Shown here: in pieces, positions 11,977 to 25,575 of the stretch | Position numbering within the stretch: position 1 is the stretch's first letter | Layout: each line of letters starts with the position of its first letter | NCBI GenBank assembly: GCA_002269645.1 | Contig: NIVC01001181.1 | Coordinates: 279,387 to 343,386, forward strand | Source: Macrostomum lignano | Taxonomy: Eukaryota | Length of the DNA: 64,000 bases | Direction of reading: 5' to 3' | Notes under the pieces: generated by a model | Databases searched by the model: none | What the model was told of the DNA's origin: nothing | The model's input: the letters and a program-made list of their open reading frames with translations, nothing else | Translations under genes and position numbers: made by a program

Positions 11977-13607
11977 CTAACGGCGGTCGAAAATCAGACG
12001 GTATTCCCCTGGAATACGCAAAGATCCCATCCAACCAGATAGGATGTCATCCTTCTTTGCCGCACTCTCCGGGGCCGGCCGCACCCGGTACCTCTGCATG
12101 ATGGCCGTGAAGAACAGGACAATCTCCATTCGCGCCAGAGACTCGCCAACGCAAGAACGCCGACCAATCAGGAACGGGATGAGGTACGGACTGCTCCGGT
12201 AGCGACCTTCGTCGTCGAGAAAGTGCTCAGGGTAGAACTCGTTCGGTCTCTCCCAGTACTCGGCTCGGTGGTGGACGCCGTACACGTTCGGAATGATGAA
12301 AGCATCCGATGGGATCCGGTAGCCGTGGAAATGGGTTTCCTCAACGGCTCGGTGGAACACTCCGATGGCAGCCAGCGAGGCCTTTCTGTAGGTCTCGTCG
12401 ATGACAGCGCTGGTGTAGTGCAGTTCTGTCCTGTCCTGCATCCGTGGACGCCTCGACTGACCGATTACGGAGTCGAGCTCGTTCTGGACTCGGTTCTGCA
12501 CCACCGGATAGAAGGCCATGTAGAGCAGCAGCCATTCTATCGATCGGGCGGTCGTGTCAGTGCCGGCCAGGAAGAACTCAAGGATTACGCGTATGAGCTG
12601 GAACTCCTTGAACGTCTCAAAGTTGCCAGCCTTCTCAGCCTTGCGCTTTTCCTGTGAGAAAGTTAATCAAAGATATTGCTGTTATTTATACGACTATAGA
12701 AATAGTAAAGCCTAAATTCACTCACGTGGATGTAGACATCGCATAGACATTCCGGTTCTGTGCTTTCGTCGACCATCACCTTCTCACGCTGTTGGATCTC
12801 TTTCCGTATGAACGAGTGCAGATATTCAACATCGTGAACGACGCTGCTTGATAGCGGGAACAGTACGATGAATCGTTCAACAGCTGGGAACAAAGCGCTT
12901 GCCGTTTGAACAATGCCCTCTTCAAGTAGTTTCTTGATGAGCTTGTTGACCTTCTGAAACTCGGGATCGTTTCGCTCAAATCGGTGACCGAGTGTCATCT
13001 CAGTGATGATCGAGTTCGAGGCGAGAATGAAAGTGCCGAGCACCTCCATCGGTGTGACCGACGTCGCCGCCTCATCAAGCGTCTGGAAGATGGAGTCCAG
13101 TTGATCGTCGACCATCTCGACAGTTTCCGCTCTAGCAAAGCCGAAGTCTCGCAGAGTTCGCAGACTCAATCGACGATGCTGGCTCCACATGTATCCCTCC
13201 GTGAAGATGATGCCGCAGTCGCGGGTCAGTTTTAAGAACAGACGCAGTCTCGGTCTACCAGCAAAGTTGTAGTCGTCCAGCATCTCCTTCATCATCGGGT
13301 AAGAGTTGAGCACAATGAACAGGCGCGAGCCAAGGTAGAACGAAGTAATGTCGCCGTACTTCTCTGCCACTTTCTGCATCGTGAGGTGCAAGTTCTTCGG
13401 ATCGGTCCATGGCAGACGGCCAATGAGAGGCAGGCCTACAGGACCGGGAGGGAGGTCGCGTCCTTGTCGCCAGTAGTAGAGGACGTAGGCCCCGAGAGCG
13501 GCGGGTATCGCGGCAGTTGCGATGGCCTTCTTGTAGTTGCCGTCCGATTGGGAGAAAACGGAGTCCGCTAGACTCACCAGTTGCGACGGCAGAATCTGGC
13601 GAAGCAT
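11977..13607 (-). CDS. Cytochrome P450, CYP2 clan, copy 2; exons 13607-12726 and 12651-11977; 518 aa
   Basis: N-terminal hydrophobic anchor, PPGP hinge, WSQHR (WxxxR), I-helix AGTDTT, K-helix ETYR, PEHF and heme motif FLIGRRSCVG. Phase-0 GTGAGT...CAG intron of 74 bp. The spliced frame is open. Confidence 0.95.
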
Positions 13608-14675
13608 TTTTGTTTACTTCTTCGCTAGTAAGCATAACACTCCTTCAGGCTTAGGGCTCACAGAAGGGTTTTCTGTTTTGCGAAAGCTCTTTAGCTAGTG
13701 TGTAAATGCTTTTCTTATCAGTTACCCCCATGCTGTTGGGCAGGCGTATACTTTGAGTACATTCTCCTTGTACGGTTAGGGCAGAGTGTACACTGTGACC
13801 GGTGTACACCCTAGTTAATTTTGAACACACAGGCTAGTAGCTCGTACAAGAGGGCTTTGCAGAGTGTGAGGGTAAGGAATGAAAAGAGGATGGCAGGAGG
13901 TACGGTTTGCTGGATTGTTTAGCGTACGTTATTAATTCCAATGGAAAATACCCAGGCCATGGCTGCAGCTATTTAATTATTTTGACAAAAATCAAGCCCG
14001 AGCAAAAAACACCTACACTGCATTGTCGTTTACAGAAAGCCGAAAGAGATGCAAGATGAGAACAAAAAAGTCTTTGCAGAACAGTAGCAAGCAAAAAATA
14101 GAAGTGGCTCATATTTATATGCAAATGCAATATTGCCCTCACCTACAGTTGCATCAAGGCAAGTTAACGCTGCCGCAAGCAACTCCGAAGGTCAAAGATT
14201 ACTCAAACCAATTTACAGGTGGTTCAGACCGATTGTAAACTGGAATAGAGTTAGCTCAATTTAGTTTTGATTTTTTATTTTTCTTCTCAATAATAACTTG
14301 CTAGACTTTATGTTCAACTGTGCAATCGTTAACTGTAGAAGTTTTGAAAAGGTGGGCAAGATAAGCGTGGACATTGCGCAATCTCCTTTTATGCTCTGGT
14401 TCAATATACTTAATCTGCTACAAAGGATCTGGCTAAAAACAAGGTTGTCTATAGACTACTTTTGGAGAATTGGATTTGCTAAAAAGCCATCACATCGCAA
14501 CCTATCAAATCATCAACTGCTTTCTTCACAGTTTCTTGTAACTCTTGACAAAAGAAAGACCAAATGGTTTTATCCAAATAATGTCTTTTTCAAACCCTCA
14601 GCATCTTCTTAAAGGTCAGAAATCTTTTTAGGGAATAGATGTTCCATGCTAACTGTTTCCTTATTCTGCCTGCAA

Positions 14676-14987
<312 letters not shown>

Positions 14988-15651
14988 TCGTGGTGTTGTG
15001 CCTTCTCATTAGTGCACTCATTAGTTCGCGAATCTTTCCAATCAGAAACTGAAGCCTGTTTAAAAGATAAGAAACTGCCTATACCGTTCAGTGTCTATAA
15101 GATTTGGAGGTTACGCGCAAATGCGTCATATGCAGCATTAAAGATGGCTAAGCTGGCTTCAGCACAAACTATTTTTAGACACCCTTTCAACGCAGCTTTA
15201 TCGCACAGAATGAGCCCAGAATGAGCTCGCTCTTCAAGCTTGGAATAATAGCGAATGCAGACTGCAGAGGCAGATTTAGACTCACAGGGCCATACAGCAG
15301 GGTATGAGTTTCAGGGCTAAATTAAAATGCGCATAACCGGTTGCAGATAAAATGCACTATAACAATTAACCTTAGCCTGAGATGCCCTCTACTGTTCGAT
15401 TCGCGTAATGGGTTGGAATAGTGAAACAAATTGCTTAGTCTTAGCTGTAGAACTGCTTTACTGTAGGTATACTGACGCACAGGGTTGCTTGGCATCATGG
15501 ACAACTAAATTAGAAGATCGTTCGGCGGGGTGGAGGCCAGGTTGGGGCAGAGGCCACTCGGACAGTAAATTTATTTGGCCTTTGCGCATAAAAATTGGTC
15601 AGGTGGTTGCTGTGCGATTCAGAAAGCTACTGTACACCCTGTGTGAGCGTG

Positions 15652-16340
15652 GGAGCTGGACAAGCCAGTTGCTGTTGCGGCGAGTGTCGGCCTGGTGGTC
15701 AACACTCAGAAGACCGTCGTGCTCTGCGTGGCGGACGACATCGAGGCTGCGATTTTGTGCCGAGGCGCTAATGGACAGGCGACAGAGCTTCCGCGTTGTC
15801 AGCAGTTCGTCTACCTCGGCGGTCTGGTTCCCGGCGTCCGCGAGGATTTGCGGCGTCGCCGCGGGCTTGCCTGGGCTGCCTTTCGTTCTGTGAGGGCAGT
15901 CCTGCAGTCCGAGGCCTTACCTGACCGCCAAGAGGGCGGCGTTGTTCCAGGCGTTGATCGAGACCGTCCTGCTGTACAAAGCCGAGACCTTGACGCTGAC
16001 GGAGTCGCTCGAGCAACAAGTTGACGCGGCGCCTTCAAGATCGGCTACGAGCGAGTGACCAACGCGGCTTTGTATTGCCGCGACGGCCTAGTCCGTCCAA
16101 GCGACCTGTTGCGCCGACGGCGACTCCAGCTGGCAGGCCACATCATCCGCGCCAAAGTCGTACTGCGCACAGCCGGTGCAGGAGGTGCTGCTGCTAACGC
16201 ATATCGCATAGGCAGGCCCGAACTCATCGACTGCAGCCTGCTGGCTGACGCCGGCGCCCCGGATTCGGCTGGCGGAGTGGCGTTCATTCGCGACCCGGCC
16301 CTGAGGCGCGCCCTGTGACGCTGAACGCGTATTTTGTTGT
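15652..16340 (+). mobile_element. 5'-truncated RTE-like non-LTR retrotransposon with 10-bp TSD
   Basis: Frameshifted RT C-terminus (VGLVVNTQKT...FVYLGG...RRRGLAWAAF...ETVLLY...RRRRLQLAGHIIRA), (TGT)n tail, and direct repeat TGTGAGCGTG at 15642-15651 and 16341-16350. Confidence 0.85.
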
Positions 16341-16934
16341 TGTGAGCGTGTGTAGTGCATGAGTGCGTGCCTGCATACAGTATCGGCGCCCTTGTTTGTG
16401 CTCAGGAGTCACCGGGGAATGAGCAGAATTGCCTCAGAGCTGCCGAAGGCCGCGCCAGAATGATAGCAATTTTCAGGGTTTCCTTCTAGATTCTTATATT
16501 TCTAAAAAGCAAGTCCCTGCAAGAAATCTTTAAGAGAACACAACTGATAAATAGTGCTTTGCAGGTTCTAAAATTCGTAGCCAGACCTGTGTTGTCTCAT
16601 AACTTCAACTCTGAGTGAGTTGAGTAACACAAAATGACGAAACTCTTCTCTAGTCGCTGAGCGCTTACCTGCGTAGAGAACCGAGAAGGTTGTCTAGCAA
16701 AGCTGCGATAGAAAAAGAGACTTGAAAACCTGTTTTAGGTGGGCAGAAGTACAATGCAGCTAATTTTAGATTTACCCTCTAAAAGTTTTAGAGGGCTACA
16801 ACTGGAAGAAGCTCGGACAATCGAAAAAAGAAGAATGGAAAATAACCTGGGTTGCGCGAGCATAAAAGGGGCTGAATTATGCTACTAGCATTCAGTTTCT
16901 ATATAGCTGCTCTTTGCACAAGCCACAAGCCAAA

Positions 16935-18591
16935 ATGGCGTCACTAAGCGGGCTTCTGCCAGGCCCATTGTCTACTAGATCGCTATTGACGAGCTTGTTG
17001 AACCTTGAGAATGACAAAAAATGGCTTTTTCTGACAGCTGTTCCTGCAGCCGCCGCTGCTGGGGCCTATCTATTGAACCGCTGGGTTCGAAACCGCGACC
17101 TCCCCCCTGGCCCCGTCGGTGTCCCAGTGCTCGGCCGAGTGCCTTGGTCTGACATGGACAACATCCACCTGACTATGGCGAAGGAGTGCGAAAGATACGG
17201 CGACATCTGTTCGTTTTACCTTGGCTCGCGACTATTCGTCATCGTGAACTCCTACCCGCTTATGAAGGAGATGCTGGACGACCAAACGTTCGCCGGACGA
17301 CCGCAGATGTCATTTATGCGACGAGTTACGCGCGACTGTGGAATCCTCATCAAAGAAGGCGAGCAGTGGAGCCGGCACCGTCGGTTGAGTCTCAAATCGC
17401 TTCGCGACTCCGGCTTCGCGCGCCTGAAAACGATCGATATGATCGACGACCAGCTGGACATCATCTTCGAGTGCTTCGACAGATTTTCCTCGTCTTGCGC
17501 GGGCTAAAGTGGTGAATAGCTTTCTGCTGGCTTCGAACTCTGTCATCACCGAGATGACGCTCGGCAAAAGGTTTGATAGGAATGATCCGCACTTTCAAAA
17601 GGTGAACTCCAACATCAACGACCTGATTCAACTTCGCCTGTTTCAAAGTGCCCCATTTCTATACAAAGCGGTTGAACTGCTCGTCTCCGTGCTGCCAATG
17701 ACCGATGCGAGAATTGTCAAAGCAGATTTCGTGCACAACTTCATCCAAGAGGAAGTCCGGAAACGCCAGAAGATCATGGAGACGGAGGGAGCTCAACCGC
17801 GATGCCTGTGCGATACGTACCTGCTAGTAAGCTATGACATATAAATTATTAGAATTAAAGTCCAGCAGAATTCTATAATTGAGGCAACTTCAAAAAAACT
17901 TTCTAATCGCTTCCAGGAGAAACGAAAAGCCGAGAAGGCTGGCGACTTTGAGACGTTCAAGGAGTTTCAGATCGTTCGAGTGTGCTTCGAGTTCTTCCTG
18001 GCCGGCACTGACACGACCGCCCGATCGATGGAGTGGCTGCTGCTCTACATGGCCTTCTATCCGGAGGTGCAGGACCGAGTCCAGAACGAGCTCGACTCCG
18101 TAATCGGTCAGTCGAGACGTCCACGGATGCAGGACAGGACAGAACTGCACTACACCAGCGCTGTCATCGACGAGACCTACAGAAAAGCCTCGCTGGTAGC
18201 CTGTGGTCTGTTCCACAGAGCCGTTGAGGAAACCCATTTCCACGGCTACCGGATCCCCAGCGATGCTGTGATCCTTCCGCGGGTGTACGGCGTCCACCAC
18301 CGAGCCGAGTACTGGGAGAGACCGAACGAGTTCTATCCCGAGCACTTCCTCGACAACGAAGGTCGCTACCGGAGCAGTCCGTACCTCATCCCATTCCTGA
18401 TTGGTCGGCGCGCCTGCCCGGGCGAGTCTCTGGCGCGAATGGAGATTTTCCTGTTCTTCACGGCCATCATGCAGCGGTACCGGGTGCGGCCGGAGCCGGA
18501 GTGCGCGGCCCGCAGAGAGGAGATCCTCACCGGTCAGCTCGGAGCGGTGAGAATTCCTGGTGAAAATCGACTCATATTAAGTCGTCGGTAA
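16935..18591 (+). CDS. Cytochrome P450, CYP2 clan, copy 3; exons 16935-17826 and 17917-18591; one frameshift near 17500 (pseudogene or sequence error)
   Basis: All P450 motifs are present (PPGP, WSRHR, AGTDTT, ETYR, FLIGRRACPG). Exon 1 is 892 bp (3n+1) and the frame shifts between FSSSCA and KVVNSFLLAS. GTAAG...CAG intron of 90 bp. Confidence 0.85.
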
Positions 18592-19249
18592 GGCTTTGGT
18601 TTAAGACAGCTTTTGTCAGCGACATTCTAAGCATGTTTTTAAGACAAAATTCAGCTTTAATATCATAGCTTATATTTATTTCAACAGCCTAATCCGTGTA
18701 TAAGTGAAAGATTGACTCCATTGATTTTGTCAGGATGTAGTACTTGAAGTATTTCGGATGGCTCAACACTTTCTTCTTTTGTAGTTATTAGCATGATAAA
18801 TAATAGCGCTGAAAGCAAACTGCGATTTATGCTTAAATAATAATTATAAGCTGTGTTCTCTTCCAGTTTTGAAATTTAGCAATGCGTAAGCCGTGACTCG
18901 ACAGTACTACTTGTTAGCTTAGTAGCTACATTGGTATTTTTTCTACTTTTTTAAATCTATGCAATTTTACATTCCCTTCTATAATAGAGAAATAAGCGCT
19001 TGATATGCTACTCAGCAAGTAGATATGCAATACAACAATTAGAGAAAACTAAATTTAAAGTTGGGTTGCCGAATATCAGTGTATTTTGTTATGTTTCTAA
19101 AAATAGGAGTAAAAAATTAACTAATACGTAATGTAAAGCTAGACAAATTTTCTTGAGAATAAGAGGCCATCCAGGTAATGTAAAGTTTAACGCCAGAATC
19201 AAACTTGAAGTGCAGCTACGGATCAAGCTGTTGCCAATCGATAACGTTT

Positions 19250-19470
19250 CTAGGAACGGGATGTCTCCAGGCGTTTCTAAGAATGGGATGCCTCTGTGTT
19301 TTTAGAAATGGGAAGTCTTGGTGTTTCTAGGATTTGGATGTCTCGGCGTTTCTAGAAATGGGAAGCTTTGGCGTTTCTAGGAATGGGATGTCTCGGTGTT
19401 TCTATGATTGGGATATCGCGGCGTTTCTAGGAATGGGATGTCTGTCTCTGCGTTTCTAAGAATGGGATGT
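19250..19470. repeat. Degenerate ~30-bp minisatellite (GCGTTTCTAGGAATGGGATGTCTC core)
   Basis: About 7 imperfect tandem copies. Confidence 0.8.
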
Positions 19471-20044
19471 CTCGGTCATTCGAGTCATCTGGTTGAAAGT
19501 TTCATGAAGCAGAATCTTAGCAACAATTTTTGTGAAGCTTCTTTGGATAGCTTGTTACACTGCAAGGTCAGTGGACTATTAAAGGAGATGCTTTGTTTCT
19601 TCAGAAAATTTTGTTGAAAACATTTTGCAGACCCATTGTGTCTTGTAGTTTATTAGTGCATACTGTACTTAGAAGTGACACTAATCTAAGCGAACTGATC
19701 GAACAGCTGCACGCGAAAAAATGGGGGTTAAACTAAAATCATTGAATGGCCTTGAAGAATCTCATGCCCTCTGTTTGTACTCTAGCCTTACAAATAATTA
19801 CCTTTAGGGGTCGTTTTTAGCCTCTCGGGACCAGCTTAAGGTCGGAGAAGCGTACTCGAGTACAGGCCTCGGACCATGCAGTGTATTTGAGCGCTCCTAA
19901 ATCTCTCAGCGTCTCCAAGGTATATGTAGCTGCGTACATTACGTAAAATCTCAACCCCCCCCCCCCAAGAAACCTGTGCACACACAGCGCTGCATAAGTT
20001 CGTGGTACGTTGTACATTCGTCAATTGTTTATGCAATATAAAAT

Positions 20045-20056
20045 GCAGATATAAAA
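20045..20056 (+). promoter_or_regulatory. Candidate TATA box of CYP copy 4 (GCAGATATAAAA)
   Basis: About 85 bp upstream of the ATG. The same 12-mer occurs upstream of copy 5. Confidence 0.4.
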
Positions 20057-20135
20057 TTTTCTAAACGTTTAAAAAATAAGACAACAAAAAAACTTTGCCA
20101 GCTGTCAAGAAGACGAATCTAAAACTCAGCTACAG

Positions 20136-21992
20136 ATGGAAGGAGTCATAGAAATGCTACCGAAATCCTTAGCCAGCCTCCTAGGGGATAATTTCTATAC
20201 GGTAGCGGCACCAGCGGCCGCGGGACTTGCCGCGGCGTACATGCTGTACTCTTGGCGACAGGGTCGCGACCTGCCGCCCGGACCCGTAGGCCTGCCCGTG
20301 CTAGGACGGTTGCCATGGATAAGTCGCAACCAGATGCACCGAAGCATGATGAAGATCTGTCAACAGTACGGCGACATCAGTTCGTTTTACCTTGGCTCGC
20401 GACTGGTTATTGTAGTGAACTCGTACCCGCTGATGAAGGAGATGCTGGACAGTCAGATGTTCTCCGGTAGGCCTCAGCTCCGCCTATTCAAGAAGCTGAC
20501 CCGCGGCTGCGGCATCATCTTCACGGAGGGCGACGTCTGGAATCAACAGCGACGCTTAAGTCTGCGCACTCTACGCGACTTCGGCTTCGCTAGAAAGCGG
20601 ACGGTGGAGATGGTAGACGAACAGCTCGATAGCATGTTCAACGGCTTTGACGAGATCGCCGCTCTGTACGAGCCAGTCCAGCTGCTAGAAACCTTCCTAC
20701 TGGCTTCAAACGCCATCGTCGCGGAGATGACGCTTGGACAGAAGTTCGAAGCCGACGATCCAGCTATGAAGCTGGTGAACGCCATTGTCAAGAAGCTGAT
20801 AGAAGATGGCATCATTCAAGGTGTGGAGTTCCTGTTCCCAGCTATGGAACGGCTGGCTGACCTCGTGCCGGCCTCGAGCAGTCTTGTTAGCGACACCGAG
20901 CGCCTGCACGACATGATTCGGGGCCAGATTCGCAAACGCGAAGCGGTGATGAAAGATGAGAGCGTTGAGCCGCAGTGCCTCTGCGATGCCTACATTAAGG
21001 TGAGCTAGTAACATCTCGACCTAACGCAATCAATCGATAAAGTTTTCCTGCAGCGAGATTCTCCCGAAACAGAGCTTATATATAACTACTAATGCTTTTT
21101 TGGAATTCTCAAAGACACATACTTTGATGACACGTTTTGCCCTCTCACAATACTTAGCACAATAGAGAGACCTAACCAGTTACTTTGGATTGCTACAGAA
21201 GTTTTCGTGGTCATTTTGTAAAGAAGAAGACAAAAAAAACAGCCAGGTATTCGGTTGTTTACTCGAGCGCGTGTCATCATGTCACCCCATATTGCTCGGC
21301 TTTGCAACTAATTTCAGGAGAAGCGCCAAGCTGAGAAGGCTGGCGACTTTGAGACGTTCAAAGAGCACCAAATCATCCGAGTGACCATGGAGTTCTTCCT
21401 GGCCGGCACTGACACGACCGCCCGATCGATGGAGTGGCTGCTGCTCTACATGGCCTTCTATCCGGAGGTACAGGACCGAGTCCAGAACGAGCTCGACTCC
21501 GTCGTCGGTCAATCGAGGCGTCCACGGATGCAGGACAGGACAGAACTGCACTACACCAGCGCTGTCATCGACGAGACCTACAGAAAGGCCTCGCTGGTCG
21601 GTACTGGAGTTTTCCATCGCTCAGTGGAAGACGCAACCTTCCACGGCTACCGGATCCCGAGCGATGCGATCATCATCCCACTGGTTTACGGCGTCCACCA
21701 CCGAGCCGAGTACTGGGAGAGACCGAACGAGTTCTACCCTGAGCACTTTCTCGACGACGAAGGTCGCTACCGGAGCAGTCCGTACCTCATCCCGTTCCTG
21801 ATTGGTCGGCGTTCTTGCGTTGGCGAGTCTCTGGCGCGAATGGAGATTTTCCTGTTCTTCACGGCCATCATGCAGCGGTACCGGGTGCGGCCGGAGCCGG
21901 AGTTCGCCGCCCGCAAAGAGGAGATCCTCGCTGGATCGATTGGGGCTTTCGTGTTTCCCGGCGACTATCAAGTCACGATGGACCGGCGCTGA
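20136..21992 (+). CDS. Cytochrome P450, CYP2 clan, copy 4; exons 20136-20999 and 21318-21992; 512 aa
   Basis: PPGP, WNQQR, AGTDTT, ETYR, PEHF and FLIGRRSCVG motifs. Phase-0 GTGAG...CAG intron of 318 bp. The spliced frame is open. Confidence 0.95.
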
Positions 21993-22954
21993 TGCCAGCT
22001 GAATCAGAGCTTGACCATAGTGAAAACTGTCACGGTCTGTCTAAAGAGCAAACTGCTATAGTTTATTCTATCTTTTTATACGGAAGCACATTAGCCGAGT
22101 AACCGATACAATGGTTTTAACTGGCTAAGTATAAAAATCTGAAGAGTAACTTTAGAGCTTACGAGATATTTATAAGAGTTAATTGATAATTGTAATTCAG
22201 TGTATTTTTGTGTAATCGTGTCCTCCCAGACAAAATAGAGATATCTTTTATGCTTTTTTTGTTCTTTAACTTTTAACTCCCTGACAGATAGACATAAAAT
22301 AAATTCAGATCGACGTTTTACAGTCGAAAACTGACACTACAGCCTATGATCATATGGTTCAAAAATGGTAAGTAGCCTACTCTTAGTAGCGCATCGCGTG
22401 CGCTTTCGTTTCGAAGCAAAAGGGTTAGCTATTTCTAATAACCACAAGTATTGCATTAATATTATCTACACAACAGTCTCCTCCTCTATCCGCTGTCTCC
22501 TCATCTATCCGCTGTCTCCTCCTCTATCCGCTGTCTCCTCCTCCTCTCCGCTGTCCTCTTTCTCAACACTCTCCCCACTCCCTCTATCCCTCATATTTAC
22601 TCCTTCAGCTCAAAAACGTTCATTATAAACAACGCTATTCTAATTTCTAGTACTGCGTACTACTTTTCAATCGGATTCTTTCTGTTTGTCCCGCCCCTTC
22701 AGAACTTTCCTTGTTTTTCTGTCTCCCACAAACTCCCCCACCCCTAAACCGACCCAACTTACTTCAGTTCGCCAGTCCAAAAAGTCGCACAGAATGCAGA
22801 ACCGGAAATCCCCCCGGGAGAGAAATGAGGCACAACTTGCAATCGTAGTAGCAATATTTTCGCTTCAAAACTTCTAGTGCACAGAAGAGCCAATTAGCGA
22901 AATAATTTTACCCTCCTAGTTTAGAGTCTTTTTTAATCAGTCTCCAAGTCTCTA

Positions 22955-25575
22955 GACCGATTCAAATACAGACTTAGAAACCGATTCAAATACAGACTGT
23001 AGCGACAGATTCAAATACAGACTTACAGACAGATTCAAATACAGACTGTAGCGATAGATTCAAATACAAACTTAGAGACCGATTCAAATACAGACTTACA
23101 GACAGATTCAAATACAGACTGTAGCGATAGATTCAAATACAGACTTAGAGACCGATTCAAATACAGACTTACAGACAGATTCAAATACAGACTTAGAAAC
23201 CGATTCAAATACAGACTTACAGACAGATTCAAATACAGACTTAGAAACCGATTCAAATACAGACTTAGAGACCGATTCAAATACAGACTGTAGCGACAGA
23301 TTCAAATACAGACTTACAGACAGATTCAAATACAGACTGTAGCGATAGATTCAAATACAGACTTAGAGACCGATTCAAATACAGACTTAGAGACCGATTC
23401 AAATACAGACTTAGAGACTGATTCAAATACAGACTTACAGACAGATTCAAATACAGACTTAGAAACCGATTCAAATACAGACTTAGAGACCGATTCAAAT
23501 ACAGACTGTAGCGACAGATTCAAATACAGACTTAGAGACCGATTCAAATACAGACTTAGTGACCGATTCAAATACAGACTGTAGCGACAGATTCAAATAC
23601 AGACTTACAGACAGAGACAGATTCAAATACAGACTGTAGCGATAGATTCAAATACAGACTGTAGCGATAGATTCAAATACAGACTTAGAGACCGATTCAA
23701 ATACAGACTGTAGCGATAGATTCAAATACAGACTTAGAGACAGATTCAAATACAGACTAAGATACCAATTCAAATACAGACTAAGATACCGATTCAAATA
23801 CAGACTGTAGCGATAGATTCAAATACAGACTTAGAGACCGATTCAAATACAAACTGTAGCGATAGATTCAAATACAGACTTAGAGACCGATTCAAATACA
23901 GACTTAGAGACAGATTCAAATACAGACTATAGCGATAGATTCAAATACAGATATACAGACCGATTCAAATACAGACTTACAGACAGATTCAAATACAGAC
24001 TTAGAGACAGATTCAAATACAGACTTAGAGACCGATTCAAATACAGACTGTAGCGATAGGTTCAAATACAGACTTAGAGACCGATTTAAATACAGACTTA
24101 GAGACCGATTCAAATACAGACTGTAGCGATAGGTTCAAATACAGACTTAGAGACCGATTCAAATACAGACTTAGAGACCGATTCAAATACAGACTTAGAG
24201 ACCGATTCAAATACAGACTGTAGCGATAGGTTCAAATACAGACTTAGAGACCGATTCAAATACAGACTTAGAGACCGATTTAAATACAGACTTAGAAACC
24301 GATTCAAATACAGACTGTAGCGATAGATTCAAATACAGATTTAGAGACAGATTCAAATACAGACTAAGATACCGATTCAAATACAGACTAAGATACCGAT
24401 TCAAATACAAACTGTAGCGATAGATTCAAATACAGACTTAGAGACCGATTCAAATACAGACTTAGAGACCGATTCAAATACAGACTTAGAGACCGATTCA
24501 AATACAGACTGTAGCGATAGATTCAAATACAGACTTAGAGACCGATTCAAATACAGACTTAGAGACCGATTCAAATACAGATTTAGAAACCGATTCAAAT
24601 ACAGACTGTAGCGATAGATTCAAATACAGATTTAGAGACAGATTCAAATACAGACTAAGATACCGATTCAAATACAGACTTACAGACAGATTCAAATACA
24701 GACTAAGATACCGATTCAAATACAAACTGTAGCGATAGATTCAAATACAGACTTAGAGACCGATTCAAATACAGACTTAGAGACCGATTCAAATACAGAC
24801 TTAGAGACCGATTCAAATACAGACTTAGAGACCGATTCAAATACAGACTTAGAGACCGATTCAAATACAGACTTACAGACAGGTTCAAATACAGACTTAG
24901 AGACCGATTCAAATACAGACTTAGAGACAGATTCAAATACAGACTGAGACAGATTCAAATACAGACTTAGAGACCGATTCAAATACAGACTTAGAGACCG
25001 ATTCAAATACAGACTGTAGCGATAGGTTCAAATACAGACTTAGAGACGGATTCAAATACAGATTTAGAGACAGATTCAAATACAGACTGTAGCGATAGAT
25101 TCAAATACAGATATACAGACCGATTCAAATACAGACTTACAGACAGATTCAAATACAGACTTAGAGACAGATTCAAATACAGACTTAGAGACCGATTCAA
25201 ATACAGACTGTAGCGATAGGTTCAAATACAGACTTAGAGACCGATTTAAATACAGACTTAGAGACCGATTCAAATACAGACTGTAGCGATAGGTTCAAAT
25301 ACAGACTTAGAGACCGATTCAAATACAGACTTAGAGACCGATTCAAATACAGACTTAGAGACCGATTCAAATACAGACTGTAGCGATAGGTTCAAATACA
25401 GACTTAGAGACCGATTCAAATACAGACTGTAGCGATATATTCAAATACAGACTTAGAGACCGATTCAAATACAGACTGTAGCGATAGGTTCAAATACAGA
25501 CTTAGAGACCGATTCAAATACAGACTGTAGCGATATATTCAAATACAGACTTAGAGACAGGTTCAAATACAGACT
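22955..25575. repeat. Variant-repeat minisatellite, 24/25-bp units with constant core GATTCAAATACAGAC
   Basis: About 108 units. Tails are TTAGAGACC, TGTAGCGATA, TTACAGACA or TAAGATACC. Confidence 0.95.

Noticed and set aside
22955-25575. CRISPR-like array (constant core plus variable part)
   Set aside because: The variable parts are only 9-10 nt, drawn from about 5 recurring variants rather than unique spacers. The context is eukaryotic and there are no cas genes.
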